Shown here: positions 33,665 to 43,857 of the stretch, piece by piece
Numbering within the stretch: position 1 is the stretch's first letter
Layout of the letters: each line of letters begins with the position of its first letter
Assembly (NCBI GenBank): GCA_021818545.1
Contig: JAKATX010000001.1
Location: forward strand, 47,061-111,060
DNA from: Candidatus Micrarchaeota archaeon
Lineage (GTDB): Archaea > Micrarchaeota > Micrarchaeia > Micrarchaeales > Micrarchaeaceae
DNA length: 64,000 nucleotides
Direction: 5' to 3'
The notes under the pieces: model-generated
What the model was told of the DNA's origin: nothing
Databases searched by the model: none
What the model saw: the letters and a program-made list of their open reading frames with translations, nothing else
Made by a program: the position numbers and the translations under genes

Positions 33665-34720
33665 ATGGATAAGGGGTTCATAAGGTCGATATTGCTATCG
33701 CTTTTCTCCTCGCTGTTGCTGGGCGGATGGCTCATACTATCAATGGTGGCGATTCAGTCATACAGGCCGGTAGACTACTACATGCTGATGTCGTTCTTCG
33801 CATTCGTTTCATTGCTCATATTCCAAGCATTCAGGAAGAAGCACGTAAGGCAACCGAAATTCAGGACGCTGCTTAACGGGGCGGTGTTTTCCATAGAGTC
33901 GCTCTTATTCATCTCTATAGTGAACAGCCGGAACATAGTGATGCTTTCTGCACTCATAACCCTGAACATAATAATATTCACGATAATCAACATAGTGATG
34001 CATAAGGAGGTGCTGAACAGGCACATAGCATTCAGGGTAATCCTATCGTCACTACTCATAATAGCCGCGGTCGACATAATATATGGATTCAATCAGAACA
34101 CGGGATTCAACGCGTTAAGCCAGTCCGACTTCGGCGTGGCGTTCCTTCTGGTGCTCCTATTTGGGCTTACCAACTACCTGTTCTCATACAACAGCAAAAG
34201 GGTGATCAACGAGGAGAACTTCATCTTCTGGATAATGCTGACAGGGTTCGTCATTAGCACGCTTGCATTCGCTCTATTTGGTACTGGCATAGACATACAG
34301 AGGGCGATAATAAACTACTCCATGGTCGGCGGGCTGCTCTTATTCGCAGGCATATCCAGCATGGTATACAGCTACAAGTACCTTGCCAACTACAAGAACG
34401 TCATGCGGTTCGTGGGCACCAATGTGCTGTTCCTTCTAAGCGAAATGGACGTGGTGTTCATATCGATATTGTACTCGATCTTTATAGGCGTCATAAACGA
34501 TGACATAGTGGTGTCGATAGTTCTCATACTGATCTCTATGGCTGTGATATCCACCGTTGAGGACAAGAGGAGCCAGACCAACATATTCACGCATATGGTG
34601 GCCGATAGGCTGAACAAGGAAGCGGCCGGCTTCAAAAGCATAATAGGGCGCAACGAAGCGGCACGCAATGATGCGAGGCACGGAAAGCGCGCCAACAGGA
34701 CGCATCCTAAGCGGTTATGA
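33665..34720 (+). CDS. Polytopic membrane protein (~10 TM; possibly a DMT/EamA-like transporter)
   Basis: Hydrophobicity pattern only. GGTGA Shine-Dalgarno lies 5 nt upstream of the ATG. Confidence 0.4.
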   Translation: MDKGFIRSILLSLFSSLLLGGWLILSMVAIQSYRPVDYYMLMSFFAFVSLLIFQAFRKKHVRQPKFRTLLNGAVFSIESLLFISIVNSRNIVMLSALITLNIIIFTIINIVMHKEVLNRHIAFRVILSSLLIIAAVDIIYGFNQNTGFNALSQSDFGVAFLLVLLFGLTNYLFSYNSKRVINEENFIFWIMLTGFVISTLAFALFGTGIDIQRAIINYSMVGGLLLFAGISSMVYSYKYLANYKNVMRFVGTNVLFLLSEMDVVFISILYSIFIGVINDDIVVSIVLILISMAVISTVEDKRSQTNIFTHMVADRLNKEAAGFKSIIGRNEAARNDARHGKRANRTHPKRL

Positions 34721-34825
34721 TTTTGCGCCGTAATATGCGGCTTCGCTGCTACATCTTTTTATAGCTTTTCGTGTAATAAGTTATGAGCTTTTCTTGATTT
34801 GATGTCATAGAGCTTATCTGATTAA

Positions 34826-35350
34826 ATGGCAAGACTAAGACCTGCACGTACGATGCGCTATCCTAACTCACAGGCATGGGCCAGGTATTCGCTTAAGAAG
34901 CCCAGAAAGAACTATGTAAGGGCACTGCCGCACACCAGCCTGCTGATATTCAACATGGGAGTCGACAACGACTCATACGATATGCAGATGACGCTAAATC
35001 CGCAGCGCGACATACAGCTTAGGTCGAACGCGCTCGAGGCCGCGAGGCAGGTGGCCAACAGGTACCTGGAAACGACCATACCGCAGGGCTACTTCTTCAA
35101 GGTGCTCGTCTATCCGCATAACGTTATAAGGGAGCACAAGATGGCTACAGGCGCAGGGGCAGACAGGATATCCCAGGGTATGAGCCTGGCATTCGGCAGG
35201 CCGATATCGATCGCAGCAAGGGTAAGGGAGGATCAGCCCATATTCCTCGTAAAGACCAGCTCCAAGAACAGGCAGGTGGTCGACGAGGCGTTCAGGAGGG
35301 CCGCGTCCAAGCTATCAGGCACCTACAAGGCAAGGATAAAAGCCAGATAA
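34826..35350 (+). CDS. rpl10e: 50S ribosomal protein uL16 (L10e)
   Basis: MARLRPARTMRYPNSQAWARYSLKKPRKNY... is typical of L10e. Confidence 0.9.
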   Translation: MARLRPARTMRYPNSQAWARYSLKKPRKNYVRALPHTSLLIFNMGVDNDSYDMQMTLNPQRDIQLRSNALEAARQVANRYLETTIPQGYFFKVLVYPHNVIREHKMATGAGADRISQGMSLAFGRPISIAARVREDQPIFLVKTSSKNRQVVDEAFRRAASKLSGTYKARIKAR

Positions 35351-35385
35351 GCCTTCTTCAAGTCAAACAGGTACAGTGCATCTAG

Positions 35386-36306
35386 ATGAGAATCCTATTA
35401 CAGTTTCCCGAAGGCCTAAAACAATACGCATTGAAGTATTCCAAGAAGCTGGAGGCAGAAGGCAATGAGGTATTCGTGTCAGCATCACCTACTTTTGGCG
35501 CATGCGACCTGGCGCTAGACGAAGCGCGATCGCTTAAGGCGGACAAGCTGGTGCACTTCGGGCATGCAGAATTCCACCATGTGGACTTCAATGTAGAATA
35601 TGTGGAGTACAGCATAGACGCGCCTCTGGACATATTGAAGCAATCGCTTGAGAAGCTATCCGGTTATGATAAGATAGGGCTGGTCACGACAATACAGCAC
35701 ATACACCAGATGGATGCCATAAAGGCATTCTACGAGGCCAGCGGGAAGACCGTTATAATAGGCAAACCATACGGCTTCGCAAAGAGGGATGGGCAGATAT
35801 TGGGCTGCGATATAGGCAGCGCGGCTACGATAGACAGGGAAGTCGACGCGCACGTGTATTTCGGGGGCGGGATGTTCCATCCGCTTGGCGCAGCGCTGGC
35901 AACCAAGAAGCCATTCCTTGTGGTAGAGCCATTCGAGAACAGGGTGGACTTTATAGATGGGCAGCGCGAAGTCTACAGGAAGAGGAGCAGGGGCAAGGTG
36001 CTTTCGGCGCTAAACGCTAAGCGTTTCGGCATACTAGTAAGCACCAAGAACGGGCAGCACAACATGAGGCTGGCGGAAGTCATAAAGATGAAGATCGAGG
36101 GAGCAGGGCTTGACGCCGCCATATTGGTGGCAAACACTTTTGACTTCCAGTCTATGGGCAACATGATGGAATTCGACGCTTTCGTGAACACCGCATGCCC
36201 CAGGATATCAATAGATGACCCTGTCAGGATAGGCAAGCCGCTGATCGGGGCGAACGAGCTTATGGAGGTTCTTAAGATTAAGGCCGAGCTCAAGGAGGTC
36301 AGCTAA
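35386..36306 (+). CDS. dph2: Diphthamide biosynthesis enzyme Dph2 (2-(3-amino-3-carboxypropyl)histidine synthase)
   Basis: MRILLQFPEGLK...ASPTFGACDL and conserved Cys positions. Length is ~306 aa. Confidence 0.8.
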   Translation: MRILLQFPEGLKQYALKYSKKLEAEGNEVFVSASPTFGACDLALDEARSLKADKLVHFGHAEFHHVDFNVEYVEYSIDAPLDILKQSLEKLSGYDKIGLVTTIQHIHQMDAIKAFYEASGKTVIIGKPYGFAKRDGQILGCDIGSAATIDREVDAHVYFGGGMFHPLGAALATKKPFLVVEPFENRVDFIDGQREVYRKRSRGKVLSALNAKRFGILVSTKNGQHNMRLAEVIKMKIEGAGLDAAILVANTFDFQSMGNMMEFDAFVNTACPRISIDDPVRIGKPLIGANELMEVLKIKAELKEVS

Positions 36307-36392
36307 TTTTTTATACATAGCTATGTAGGCGTTTTATATGTACAACACAGCATAGCCGCGCGGATACTGCTGGCATTTTAATTAGGATAGGG

Positions 36393-36476
36393 GCGCAGCG
36401 CAAACGCTGCGCTAGCGCATCAAGAAGTAAATGAAAAAACAGAAAACAAAAAGAAGAAGAAAAAAGAAAAAGAACT
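36393..36476 (-). terminator. Terminator region for the pilin-like gene, made of consecutive oligo-T tracts on the minus strand (36422-36476) followed by a perfect 8-bp hairpin (36393-36412, GCGCAGCG-caaa-CGCTGCGC)
   Basis: Archaeal termination at T-tracts. The tract begins 12 nt after the stop at 36488. A separate TTTTTT lies immediately after the dph2 stop (36307-36312, + strand). Confidence 0.45.
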
Positions 36477-36487
36477 GAACTACGCGC

Positions 36488-37075
36488 TCAGTGAGTGGAC
36501 TTTATAGCCAATGTAGCTACCTTGGCCCAGTTCGTAGGACCTGTTATCGGGCATGGACCTGTTGTGCAGTAGCTTATCCACACGTATCCATAGAACGGCG
36601 TTCCAATCACTGGAGCGCTTGGTATTCCGCCAGCAGGAACCTCATTGACAGATGAATCATTGCCGAATGCTACTGCGTATATCTGGCCAGACTGCAGCGT
36701 GCCGATCTGGACCGTGTTGGCTGGTTTAGTACCGCCCGACGTAGTCATGTTTACCGGCACACCAATCACTCCGTTAGTGCTTAGAGCAGACCCCTCCTGT
36801 GCGACGAAGACATTGACCGAGTAGAATGTCAACCCGGTGTTCTGGCCGAACGAGAAGTCTATGAATGCCCCACCACTTGCTCCTGCGCTGAACGTTGGAC
36901 TTGCGCAGATGAATCCGGACTGTGCTATGCAAGCCTGCGGTGTTCCTCCTGTGCCGAACACTCCCAGCTCGAACAGCGCTGCCAGAACCACTGCTATTAT
37001 CAAGATGGCCCATCCGTAGGTCATCAGATACTCCATAGCGCTCTGTCCCTTTAGCGTATTATTTTTGTGTATCAT
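36488..37075 (-). CDS. Archaeal type IV pilin-like protein (class III signal peptide)
   Basis: N-terminus KGQSAMEYLMTYGWAILIIAVVLAALF is the class III signal-peptide / PibD-FlaK cleavage motif. GGGGGT Shine-Dalgarno lies 5 nt upstream. Confidence 0.8.
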   Translation of the reverse strand: MIHKNNTLKGQSAMEYLMTYGWAILIIAVVLAALFELGVFGTGGTPQACIAQSGFICASPTFSAGASGGAFIDFSFGQNTGLTFYSVNVFVAQEGSALSTNGVIGVPVNMTTSGGTKPANTVQIGTLQSGQIYAVAFGNDSSVNEVPAGGIPSAPVIGTPFYGYVWISYCTTGPCPITGPTNWAKVATLAIKSTH

Positions 37076-37344
37076 AGGTACCCCCTATGATTGTAATAAA
37101 CTCTCACAAGATATAAATACCCTACCTTATATTCAAATTTTTTTATATTATGATTTTAATCGATGGTGAAATAGTATAACAGGGTAATAAAAATTAGGGG
37201 ATAATAAGAGCGCGATATATGTGCGGCATCGCAGGATGCAATGACGCAACAAAATCTAGATATTGTGTTTATTTCAACTCCCCAAAAGGTTTCAAAATGA
37301 ATAAAAGGTTATAAGTCATAATTAAAACGCTGATTGGTGGTGAT

Positions 37345-38616
37345 ATGGCAGAGGAATTGAATCCTTTCAAGATAGCGCAAGAGCAGCTCGACAAGGCTGC
37401 CGAGATAATGGGACTGGACAAGCAGGCACATGCTATACTCAGGGAGCCTAGGCGCACCCTTATAGTTAACCTGCCAGTTAAGATGAGGGACGGCCACACT
37501 GAGACGTTCACCGGATTCAGGGTGCAATACAACGATGCGAGAGGGCCGGCCAAGGGCGGCATAAGGTTCCATCCTGCCGAGACTATAGATACGGTAAAGG
37601 CCTTATCCGCATGGATGACATGGAAATGCTCGCTTGCTGACATACCTTTGGGAGGAGGAAAGGGCGGGGTAATATGCGACCCGAAGAAGTTTAACGAGAC
37701 CGAGCTGGAAAACCTGGCGAGGGCTTACATGAGGGCGATAGCCAGCTTCGTAGGACCGGACAAGGACATACCTGCGCCGGACGTTTACACCACGCCGCAG
37801 ATAATGGCGTGGATGCTTGACGAGTATACAAGGGTGGTCGGCCACAATGACTTCGGCACTATAACAGGAAAGCCGGTGGAGGTATGGGGCTCTGAAGGCC
37901 GCATGGATTCCACCGCATTGGGAGGCATGTTCGTGATGCGCGAAGCTGCGAAGTCCCTTAAGATGAACCTGAAGAAGTCTACCGTAGCGGTACAGGGATT
38001 CGGCAACGCTGGCAAGTTCGCTTACACGCTATCTAAGAAGATGTTCGGCTCGAAAGTCGTCGCCATAAGCGATTCGGAGGGCGGAGTGTACGATCCCGAT
38101 GGCCTGGATTTGCAGAAATTGGAGGAGGCAAAGGCCGAGACTGGTAGCGTTAAGAATTACAAGAGCAAGAATGCCAAGGCCATAACTAACGAGAAGCTGC
38201 TTGAACTGGACGTAGACGTGCTGATACCCGCAGCCATAGAGAATCAGATAAGGAAGGACAACGCGGACGATATAAAGGCGAAGCTCATACTGGAATTGGC
38301 TAACGGCCCGATCACGCCAGATGCGACAGACATACTTTTTGAGAAGAGGGCCATGGACCTGCCGGACTTCCTTGTCAACAGCGGCGGAGTCATAGGCTCC
38401 TACTTTGAATGGGTGCAGAACATAAGCGGCTACTACTGGGACACCAACAAATTCCACACCGAATTGGATAAGATAATAACGAAATCATTCAGGGACACAG
38501 TAGCCACGCAAAAGGCGTATGCTGCCAAGAAGGTTAAGATAAATGAGAGGATGGCGGCTTATGTGATAGCGGTGGACAGAGTGGCCAAGGCCATGAAAGC
38601 ACGCGGATGGTACTGA
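37345..38616 (+). CDS. gdhA: Glutamate dehydrogenase
   Basis: GPAKGGIRFHP, GGGKGG, and the dinucleotide fold VAVQGFGNAG. Confidence 0.95.
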   Translation: MAEELNPFKIAQEQLDKAAEIMGLDKQAHAILREPRRTLIVNLPVKMRDGHTETFTGFRVQYNDARGPAKGGIRFHPAETIDTVKALSAWMTWKCSLADIPLGGGKGGVICDPKKFNETELENLARAYMRAIASFVGPDKDIPAPDVYTTPQIMAWMLDEYTRVVGHNDFGTITGKPVEVWGSEGRMDSTALGGMFVMREAAKSLKMNLKKSTVAVQGFGNAGKFAYTLSKKMFGSKVVAISDSEGGVYDPDGLDLQKLEEAKAETGSVKNYKSKNAKAITNEKLLELDVDVLIPAAIENQIRKDNADDIKAKLILELANGPITPDATDILFEKRAMDLPDFLVNSGGVIGSYFEWVQNISGYYWDTNKFHTELDKIITKSFRDTVATQKAYAAKKVKINERMAAYVIAVDRVAKAMKARGWY

Positions 38617-38625
38617 GGATCATTT

Positions 38626-38663
38626 GGGCTGCATGGGCAGCCCCTGTTTCTTTTTTACTTTTT
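38626..38663 (+). terminator. Hairpin (GGGCTGC-atgg-GCAGCCC) followed by T-tracts, downstream of gdhA
   Basis: Perfect 7-bp stem at 38626-38643, then ctgtttcttttttacttttt. Confidence 0.45.
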
Positions 38664-38672
38664 ATTACATGA

Positions 38673-39776
38673 TTAGCCGCTGCTTTTATCGAAAGCCTGG
38701 CACCAGTCCTTAAGCTCCCCTGTTATTACGTGCCTTGATTTGGCAAGTTCATTTATGTTCCTGCATCCGCTTACGAACATCGCTGTCTTAAGCGCGAATA
38801 TTGTTTCTTCAAGGTACTCTATCACTTTATCGCTCGAAACCGTAGCTGGCCTGAGCAGCGGCCACGCCATGGCGCACAGGCTCGCGCCCATTGAAATCGC
38901 TTTTGCCATCTCAAGCCCTGTCCTTATGCCCCCCGAAGCTACTACCGGCAGCTTAACTGCATTCTTTACCCCATAAAGCGCTGCAGCAGTAGGTATGCCC
39001 CAGTCCCAGAATATGTTCCCGGCCTTGAACTTCACCGTGTTGTTTGCTTCCTTGGCGCGGTAAGATTCCACGCCCGACCAACTTGTGCCGCCCAGCCCGG
39101 CAATCTCTATGGCGCTTACCCCTGCCTTGGCTAGGCGCTTTGCCACAGTGTCGGATATGCCTGCGCCAACCTCCTTTGCCACTACGGGCTTCCCAAGATC
39201 CGATGTCATCTCCTTTATGCGTGAAAGGACATTGCTGAATTCCGCCTCGCCCTCGGGCTGTATGACTTCCTGAAGTGGATTCAGATGCACATAAAGCGCA
39301 TTCGCGTCGAGCATCTCTATCAGCTTCTTGGCATCCGAGACCTTGAAACCGTTTGAAAGCTGCGCGCCGCCTATGTTGGACCCTATGAATATGTCTGGCG
39401 CGACCTTCCTAGTTATCGCATACGTTTCTGCCAACGACTTTGACAGCAAGCCTGCCCTCTGGCTCCCCACTGCCATACCTATGCCGAGTTCCTGGGCAGC
39501 TTCCGCCAGATTCCTATTCACCTTTTTCGCTAGTTCGGCGCCTCCGGTCATCGCGCCTATGAAAACAGGGGCCTTGAACCTGTGACCAAGGAAACTCACT
39601 GACGTGTCTATGTCTTCAAAATTAACCTCGGGCAAAGCATCGTTGAACAGGCGCACATCCTCAAATAAAGTTGTGGCCTTCCTGCTCTGGACGGGCTTGT
39701 CAAGGCAGAGAGTTATCCCCTCCTCCTTGCGTTTCTCGATTATCTTTATCTTTTTACGCAGTTCGCCTTCATCCAT
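38673..39776 (-). CDS. fni: Isopentenyl-diphosphate delta-isomerase, type 2 (FMN-dependent)
   Basis: TIM-barrel IDI-2 pattern with ...IEIAGLGGTSWSGVESYR... and VVASGGIRTGLEMAKA. Confidence 0.9.
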   Translation of the reverse strand: MDEGELRKKIKIIEKRKEEGITLCLDKPVQSRKATTLFEDVRLFNDALPEVNFEDIDTSVSFLGHRFKAPVFIGAMTGGAELAKKVNRNLAEAAQELGIGMAVGSQRAGLLSKSLAETYAITRKVAPDIFIGSNIGGAQLSNGFKVSDAKKLIEMLDANALYVHLNPLQEVIQPEGEAEFSNVLSRIKEMTSDLGKPVVAKEVGAGISDTVAKRLAKAGVSAIEIAGLGGTSWSGVESYRAKEANNTVKFKAGNIFWDWGIPTAAALYGVKNAVKLPVVASGGIRTGLEMAKAISMGASLCAMAWPLLRPATVSSDKVIEYLEETIFALKTAMFVSGCRNINELAKSRHVITGELKDWCQAFDKSSG

Positions 39777-39874
39777 TTTAACACACGCTGTATTGATTTA
39801 GTAAAAACAGCTTTAATAAGGCTACATTTAGGGACTTGTGCGCCAAACCGTGGATTTAAAACGGGCAGCGACGC

Positions 39875-40870
39875 TTAGGCCGCTGCGGAAAGACCCAGCT
39901 GGCTGCCGATGGTCTTTATCGCAGGCAGAGAGCATACTGAAGCATTGTTGTTTATCGATGGACATATCTCGGCTATGTATAAGTCTGCTGCTGCATATTC
40001 GCTCCATGAGAACTGGTCATTGAAGCTGGCCAATTGATTCAATATGTCTGAATGGGTCATCTTTGCTATGTACTGCCAGTTGGTAGTAGTTGCATTGTTG
40101 CCGAGTACCACCGCATCCGCGCCGCTGACGAGTGAACTGCCCCATAGGCTGAATGGGGTGCCTTCAAATTTTCCCGTGCCGTTCATGAAATCTATTGCGT
40201 TGTAATAGGTGGCATTTGGAGCATGGGACAGGAAGAACGGAAGAGGCTGTATCTCGAAGTGCCCGGTTATGGGCGATTCGTACTCAGCGGAAATGAAGTT
40301 TATACTGTTACTGGAGTAGTAATTGCCGAAGTCCGCGCCTGCTGGCGTAGTGGTGTTTGCCTGCACCCAGTAGATCGTAGGGACGTCGCCATCTTGTAGT
40401 GCGCTGTAGCCCTTGTATAGCTTGGAGAAACTGCCGAAGCGCGCGAGAGCCAAAGCCATCGCCCACCTGTTCTCGCCGCAGTACGGGCACGTAGTGGCGC
40501 CGATGTATATGACGCTGGGCTTGCCGTTTATCATGAACGGGCCGTATTGTGGCGTGTTGGCTACCAGCACCTCATTCACCAACGTGCCGTTCAGCAACTT
40601 CTCGCCCGCTATCTCATAATAGCTCAGGGGCTCGTTGTTTATTACGCCCAGGGCGGAGCTGTTTAACGGATCGTTTATTCCAGCAAGGGTGCCGTTCTGT
40701 GTTGGCTGTATCGAAGTTGTATTCTTGGGCGTCTGCTGCTGGATTATGTACTGGGGCTTGGTTATGCCTTGATATGCCACAATAGCGACAAGAAGCAGAA
40801 CTGCTGCGCCCAATATCACGTTAAGCGTTATAGACCTCGCCAGCATCTTCTTAGAGTCTTCCCTAGGCAT
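39875..40870 (-). CDS. Membrane-anchored DUF929-family protein with a thioredoxin-like CPYC motif
   Basis: N-terminal TM anchor, then IYIGATTCPYCGENRWAMALALARFGSF, typical of DUF929. Confidence 0.65.
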   Translation of the reverse strand: MPREDSKKMLARSITLNVILGAAVLLLVAIVAYQGITKPQYIIQQQTPKNTTSIQPTQNGTLAGINDPLNSSALGVINNEPLSYYEIAGEKLLNGTLVNEVLVANTPQYGPFMINGKPSVIYIGATTCPYCGENRWAMALALARFGSFSKLYKGYSALQDGDVPTIYWVQANTTTPAGADFGNYYSSNSINFISAEYESPITGHFEIQPLPFFLSHAPNATYYNAIDFMNGTGKFEGTPFSLWGSSLVSGADAVVLGNNATTTNWQYIAKMTHSDILNQLASFNDQFSWSEYAAADLYIAEICPSINNNASVCSLPAIKTIGSQLGLSAAA

Positions 40871-41057
40871 TAATTAGCACCATTAACTGAAACGGTATTG
40901 TTATTATAGTAAATAAATATCTTTGTATAAGCTTAGAATATTCTCCATCGCGTTATCGCATTCGATTACATTGCGATGCATTTTGGGGCGCAATGGCGAA
41001 GTTGCCGGCAGGATCGAAAACATCTGTGTTTTGGATTTAGGGCAATGGTGGGTTTTT

Positions 41058-42074
41058 ATGCGGCACATTAGGGGCAATTTAAAGCTAGTTATTATATATG
41101 GGATTATAATAGCAGCTACGCTGCTGGGCTTCGCACTTTCGTCATTCATAGGGCAGCGTTACATTGTACTAGCAGGGCTTGGCATAGTGGCATATGTCTT
41201 CGGGTTGAGGCATGGTGTGGATGCGGACCACATAGCTGCGATAGACAACACTACGAGGAAGCTTATGCACGATGGGAAAAATCCAATCAGCGTGGGCACC
41301 TGGTTCTCGCTTGGACACTCCACCATAGTAATGGTAATGATAGTGGCGCTTATACTTGCGACCAGGCTTGTTTCAGGCTCCATACCTGCATTGCAGAACG
41401 CAGGCTCCATCATAGGGACTGCGGTGTCCGGAGGGTTCCTCTGGGTGATAGGGCTGATAAATGTGGCGGTCGTATTTGATTTGTACAGAGCCTTCAAGCA
41501 GACGCAGTCAAAAGGCAGGGATGCGGACATAGACGGGCTGTTAGAAAACCGCGGCTTCCTGAGCAGATATCTAGGCGGATTGTTCAAAACCATAAATGAA
41601 CCGTGGCAGATGTATCCAGTAGGAGTGCTCTTCGGATTAGGATTCGATACCGCGACGGAGGTCGGGCTTATGGCTATAAGCGTAGGCGTTGGCGTAACTT
41701 CTGCAGTGCCTTTATGGATGCCGCTTATATTGCCGCTCATGTTTACCTGTGGGATGGTGCTGGTAGACACCACAGACGGCGTCATGATGAACCTGGCTTA
41801 TGGCTGGGCTTTCATAAAGCCGATACGCAAGATATACTACAACCTTACGATAACCATAATATCGATACTGGTGGCGCTCGCGGTCGGGACCATAGAATTG
41901 CTGCAGGTATTCGCATCGGAGCTAGGGCTCGGGGGAGTTTTCTGGGGTTGGTTTGCAACCCTTGATTTTGAGACGCTGGGTTACTGGGTCATAGGGCTCT
42001 TTGTCTTCTCATGGGTAATAGCAATGGCGGTGTACAAGTACAAGGGCTTTGACAGGATAACTTTGAGCGCCTAG
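41058..42074 (+). CDS. Nickel/cobalt transporter, NiCoT (HoxN/NixA) family
   Basis: Signature RHGVDADHIAAIDNTTRKL and a second GLGFDTATEV motif. The start is placed at ATG 41058 after GGTGG. Confidence 0.85.
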   Translation: MRHIRGNLKLVIIYGIIIAATLLGFALSSFIGQRYIVLAGLGIVAYVFGLRHGVDADHIAAIDNTTRKLMHDGKNPISVGTWFSLGHSTIVMVMIVALILATRLVSGSIPALQNAGSIIGTAVSGGFLWVIGLINVAVVFDLYRAFKQTQSKGRDADIDGLLENRGFLSRYLGGLFKTINEPWQMYPVGVLFGLGFDTATEVGLMAISVGVGVTSAVPLWMPLILPLMFTCGMVLVDTTDGVMMNLAYGWAFIKPIRKIYYNLTITIISILVALAVGTIELLQVFASELGLGGVFWGWFATLDFETLGYWVIGLFVFSWVIAMAVYKYKGFDRITLSA

Positions 42075-42172
42075 GAATTCTGCATCATCTAATCGCAATA
42101 TGCAAAAAGCGGATAAAGGATGCGTTAGATTTGATGGATTTGCGAAATGCGGATACTGGTTAAATAGAAAAA

Positions 42173-42245
42173 CGCCTTGGCCGGGATTCGAACCCGGGTC
42201 ACAAGCGTGACAGGCTCGTATGCTAGACCACTACACTACCAAGGC
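42173..42245 (-). tRNA. tRNA-Asp (anticodon GUC), 73 nt
   Basis: The reverse complement is GCCTTGGTAGTGTAGTGGTCTAGCATACGAGCCTGTCACGCTTGTGACCCGGGTTCGAATCCCGGCCAAGGCG. It forms a cloverleaf with anticodon loop CTGTCAC and is followed by TTTTT. Confidence 0.9.
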
Positions 42246-42370
42246 GCAGACCATAGCAAGCACGCCGTACACGAGGTGCAGCTGCATAAGCTAAGTCATA
42301 CAGTTTAAATGTTTAACATTTATATAGATTACAGGATTGACTTTTTCTTGTAGAGCGTCTGGATGGTTTC

Positions 42371-43255
42371 ATGCCCAAACAGTTCAATGAAGCGGATTTG
42401 AAGCGCAGGCTCAAGATAGGCATACTTGCGGACGTCGCTTTTTCTATCATACAATTTGCGGTAGGCATAATGTCAGGAAGCTTGGCTCTGATATCGAACG
42501 GCGGCCACGGGCTCACAGATGCGCTAAGCCTAGTTATATCGTTCATAGCTGCAAAGGTTTCGATGCGCGGTGCCAGCGATAAGAAGACTTACGGCTATGG
42601 CAGAATCACTATAATAGCCGCTTTGATAAACAGCGTTCTGCTCATATTGTTTGCAGTATTCATATTCGCCGAAGCTTACCAGAGGATACTCCACCCTACA
42701 CCTGTTGGTGGGCTCCCCATTGTCGCAACAGCCTTGTTCGGCATACTGATTAGCGGAGGGGTTACGGCCATTTTGAGGAAGCATAACAGCGACCTGAACG
42801 TGCGCAGCGTATCGCTGCACATGAGCTACGATGCAGTAGCGTACATAGGCACCCTGCTCGCAGGCATAATAATACTATTAACAGGCCAGACGATATTTGA
42901 CCCTCTAATCAGCATTATGATAGGAGTACTCATGATATTAGGCGCGTGGAAGATTTTGGAAGAGTCATTCCAGATACTGCTCGAGGGGTCTCCCAAATGG
43001 GTAAGCGTCAGCGCGGTTAGAGAGTCCATACGGAATAATAAATCCGTAAGCGAGGTTCATGACCTCCACATATGGTCCATTTCGTCCCAATATGCAGCAC
43101 TGAGCTGCCATCTTGTAATACGCGCAAAAGGCATGGATGAATGCGCAAGGACTGTTGCGGATGTGAAGAAAATGCTAAAGGCCGGATTTAATATAGAACA
43201 CGCAACAATAGAGATTGAGCTAAAGAACACGCATGTCGGCAAGGGACATAGATGA
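42371..43255 (+). CDS. Cation diffusion facilitator (Zn/Co/Cd efflux) transporter
   Basis: Six TM helices with HGLTDALSL... and a C-terminal cytoplasmic domain ...VHDLHIWSISS... Confidence 0.85.
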   Translation: MPKQFNEADLKRRLKIGILADVAFSIIQFAVGIMSGSLALISNGGHGLTDALSLVISFIAAKVSMRGASDKKTYGYGRITIIAALINSVLLILFAVFIFAEAYQRILHPTPVGGLPIVATALFGILISGGVTAILRKHNSDLNVRSVSLHMSYDAVAYIGTLLAGIIILLTGQTIFDPLISIMIGVLMILGAWKILEESFQILLEGSPKWVSVSAVRESIRNNKSVSEVHDLHIWSISSQYAALSCHLVIRAKGMDECARTVADVKKMLKAGFNIEHATIEIELKNTHVGKGHR

Positions 43256-43308
43256 ATGATGGTCGCGATTGGATCGGAGATTAATTTGCTGATATGCTTT
43301 GGAACATC

Positions 43309-43857
43309 CTATTTTGTTAGGCTTTCCGGACCAAAACCGAATGGCAGGAGAGCATCGATATCGCTTATTACAACCTTGTCCATTCTGGTGTTTGAAAAGA
43401 TGACTTCCATGCTGCTTTTCGAAATGCATGATGATTCATATAGCATCTGCCTGCAAGCCCCGCACGGAGCCGTGGGTTCTTTGGTGCCGCCCTTGGCGCT
43501 CTTTGCTATGATTGCTATCGCCTTAAACGACCTGTAGCCCATCGCGTTTGCCCTGACTATGGCCGATCGTTCTGCACATAAAGTGCTCCCATAAGCGGAA
43601 TTTTCTACATTGGAAGCGGTTATTATCTTGCCATTAGAAGTCAGAAGTGCAGCCCCTACATAAAACTTTGAGTAAGGCGCGTATGAGGTATCAGCAGCAT
43701 CCTTCGCCGAATCAAGAAGCTTGCGCTGGATTTTCGTAAGGTCTGCATATCTCAGGTAAGTTCCGCGCTTCAAATAAATCAGCCGTATTTGTCTAAAATA
43801 TTTATAATGACAAGCTATAAAATATACAAAGTGCAACCTTATCTGCGTGTATGACAT
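43309..43857 (-). CDS. cdd: Cytidine deaminase (the true start is probably internal, e.g. TTG at 43773)
   Basis: Zn-ligand motifs CAERSAI and PCGACRQ. The first ~28 codons of the ORF run through the divergent TATA-rich promoter region and overlap the next gene's start. Confidence 0.8.
   Translation of the reverse strand: MSYTQIRLHFVYFIACHYKYFRQIRLIYLKRGTYLRYADLTKIQRKLLDSAKDAADTSYAPYSKFYVGAALLTSNGKIITASNVENSAYGSTLCAERSAIVRANAMGYRSFKAIAIIAKSAKGGTKEPTAPCGACRQMLYESSCISKSSMEVIFSNTRMDKVVISDIDALLPFGFGPESLTK

Noticed and set aside
40960-41040. Inverted repeats (atcgca-N11-tgcgat) upstream of the Ni/Co transporter, considered as a possible NikR operator or riboswitch.
   Set aside because: The stems are short and I recognise no consensus. 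I could not support this beyond chance from sequence alone.
42305-42330. The palindrome aaatgtt-t-aacattt plus tatata between tRNA-Asp and the CDF gene, considered as a regulatory operator.
   Set aside because: It is most simply explained as overlapping divergent A/T-rich promoter boxes. There is no further evidence.
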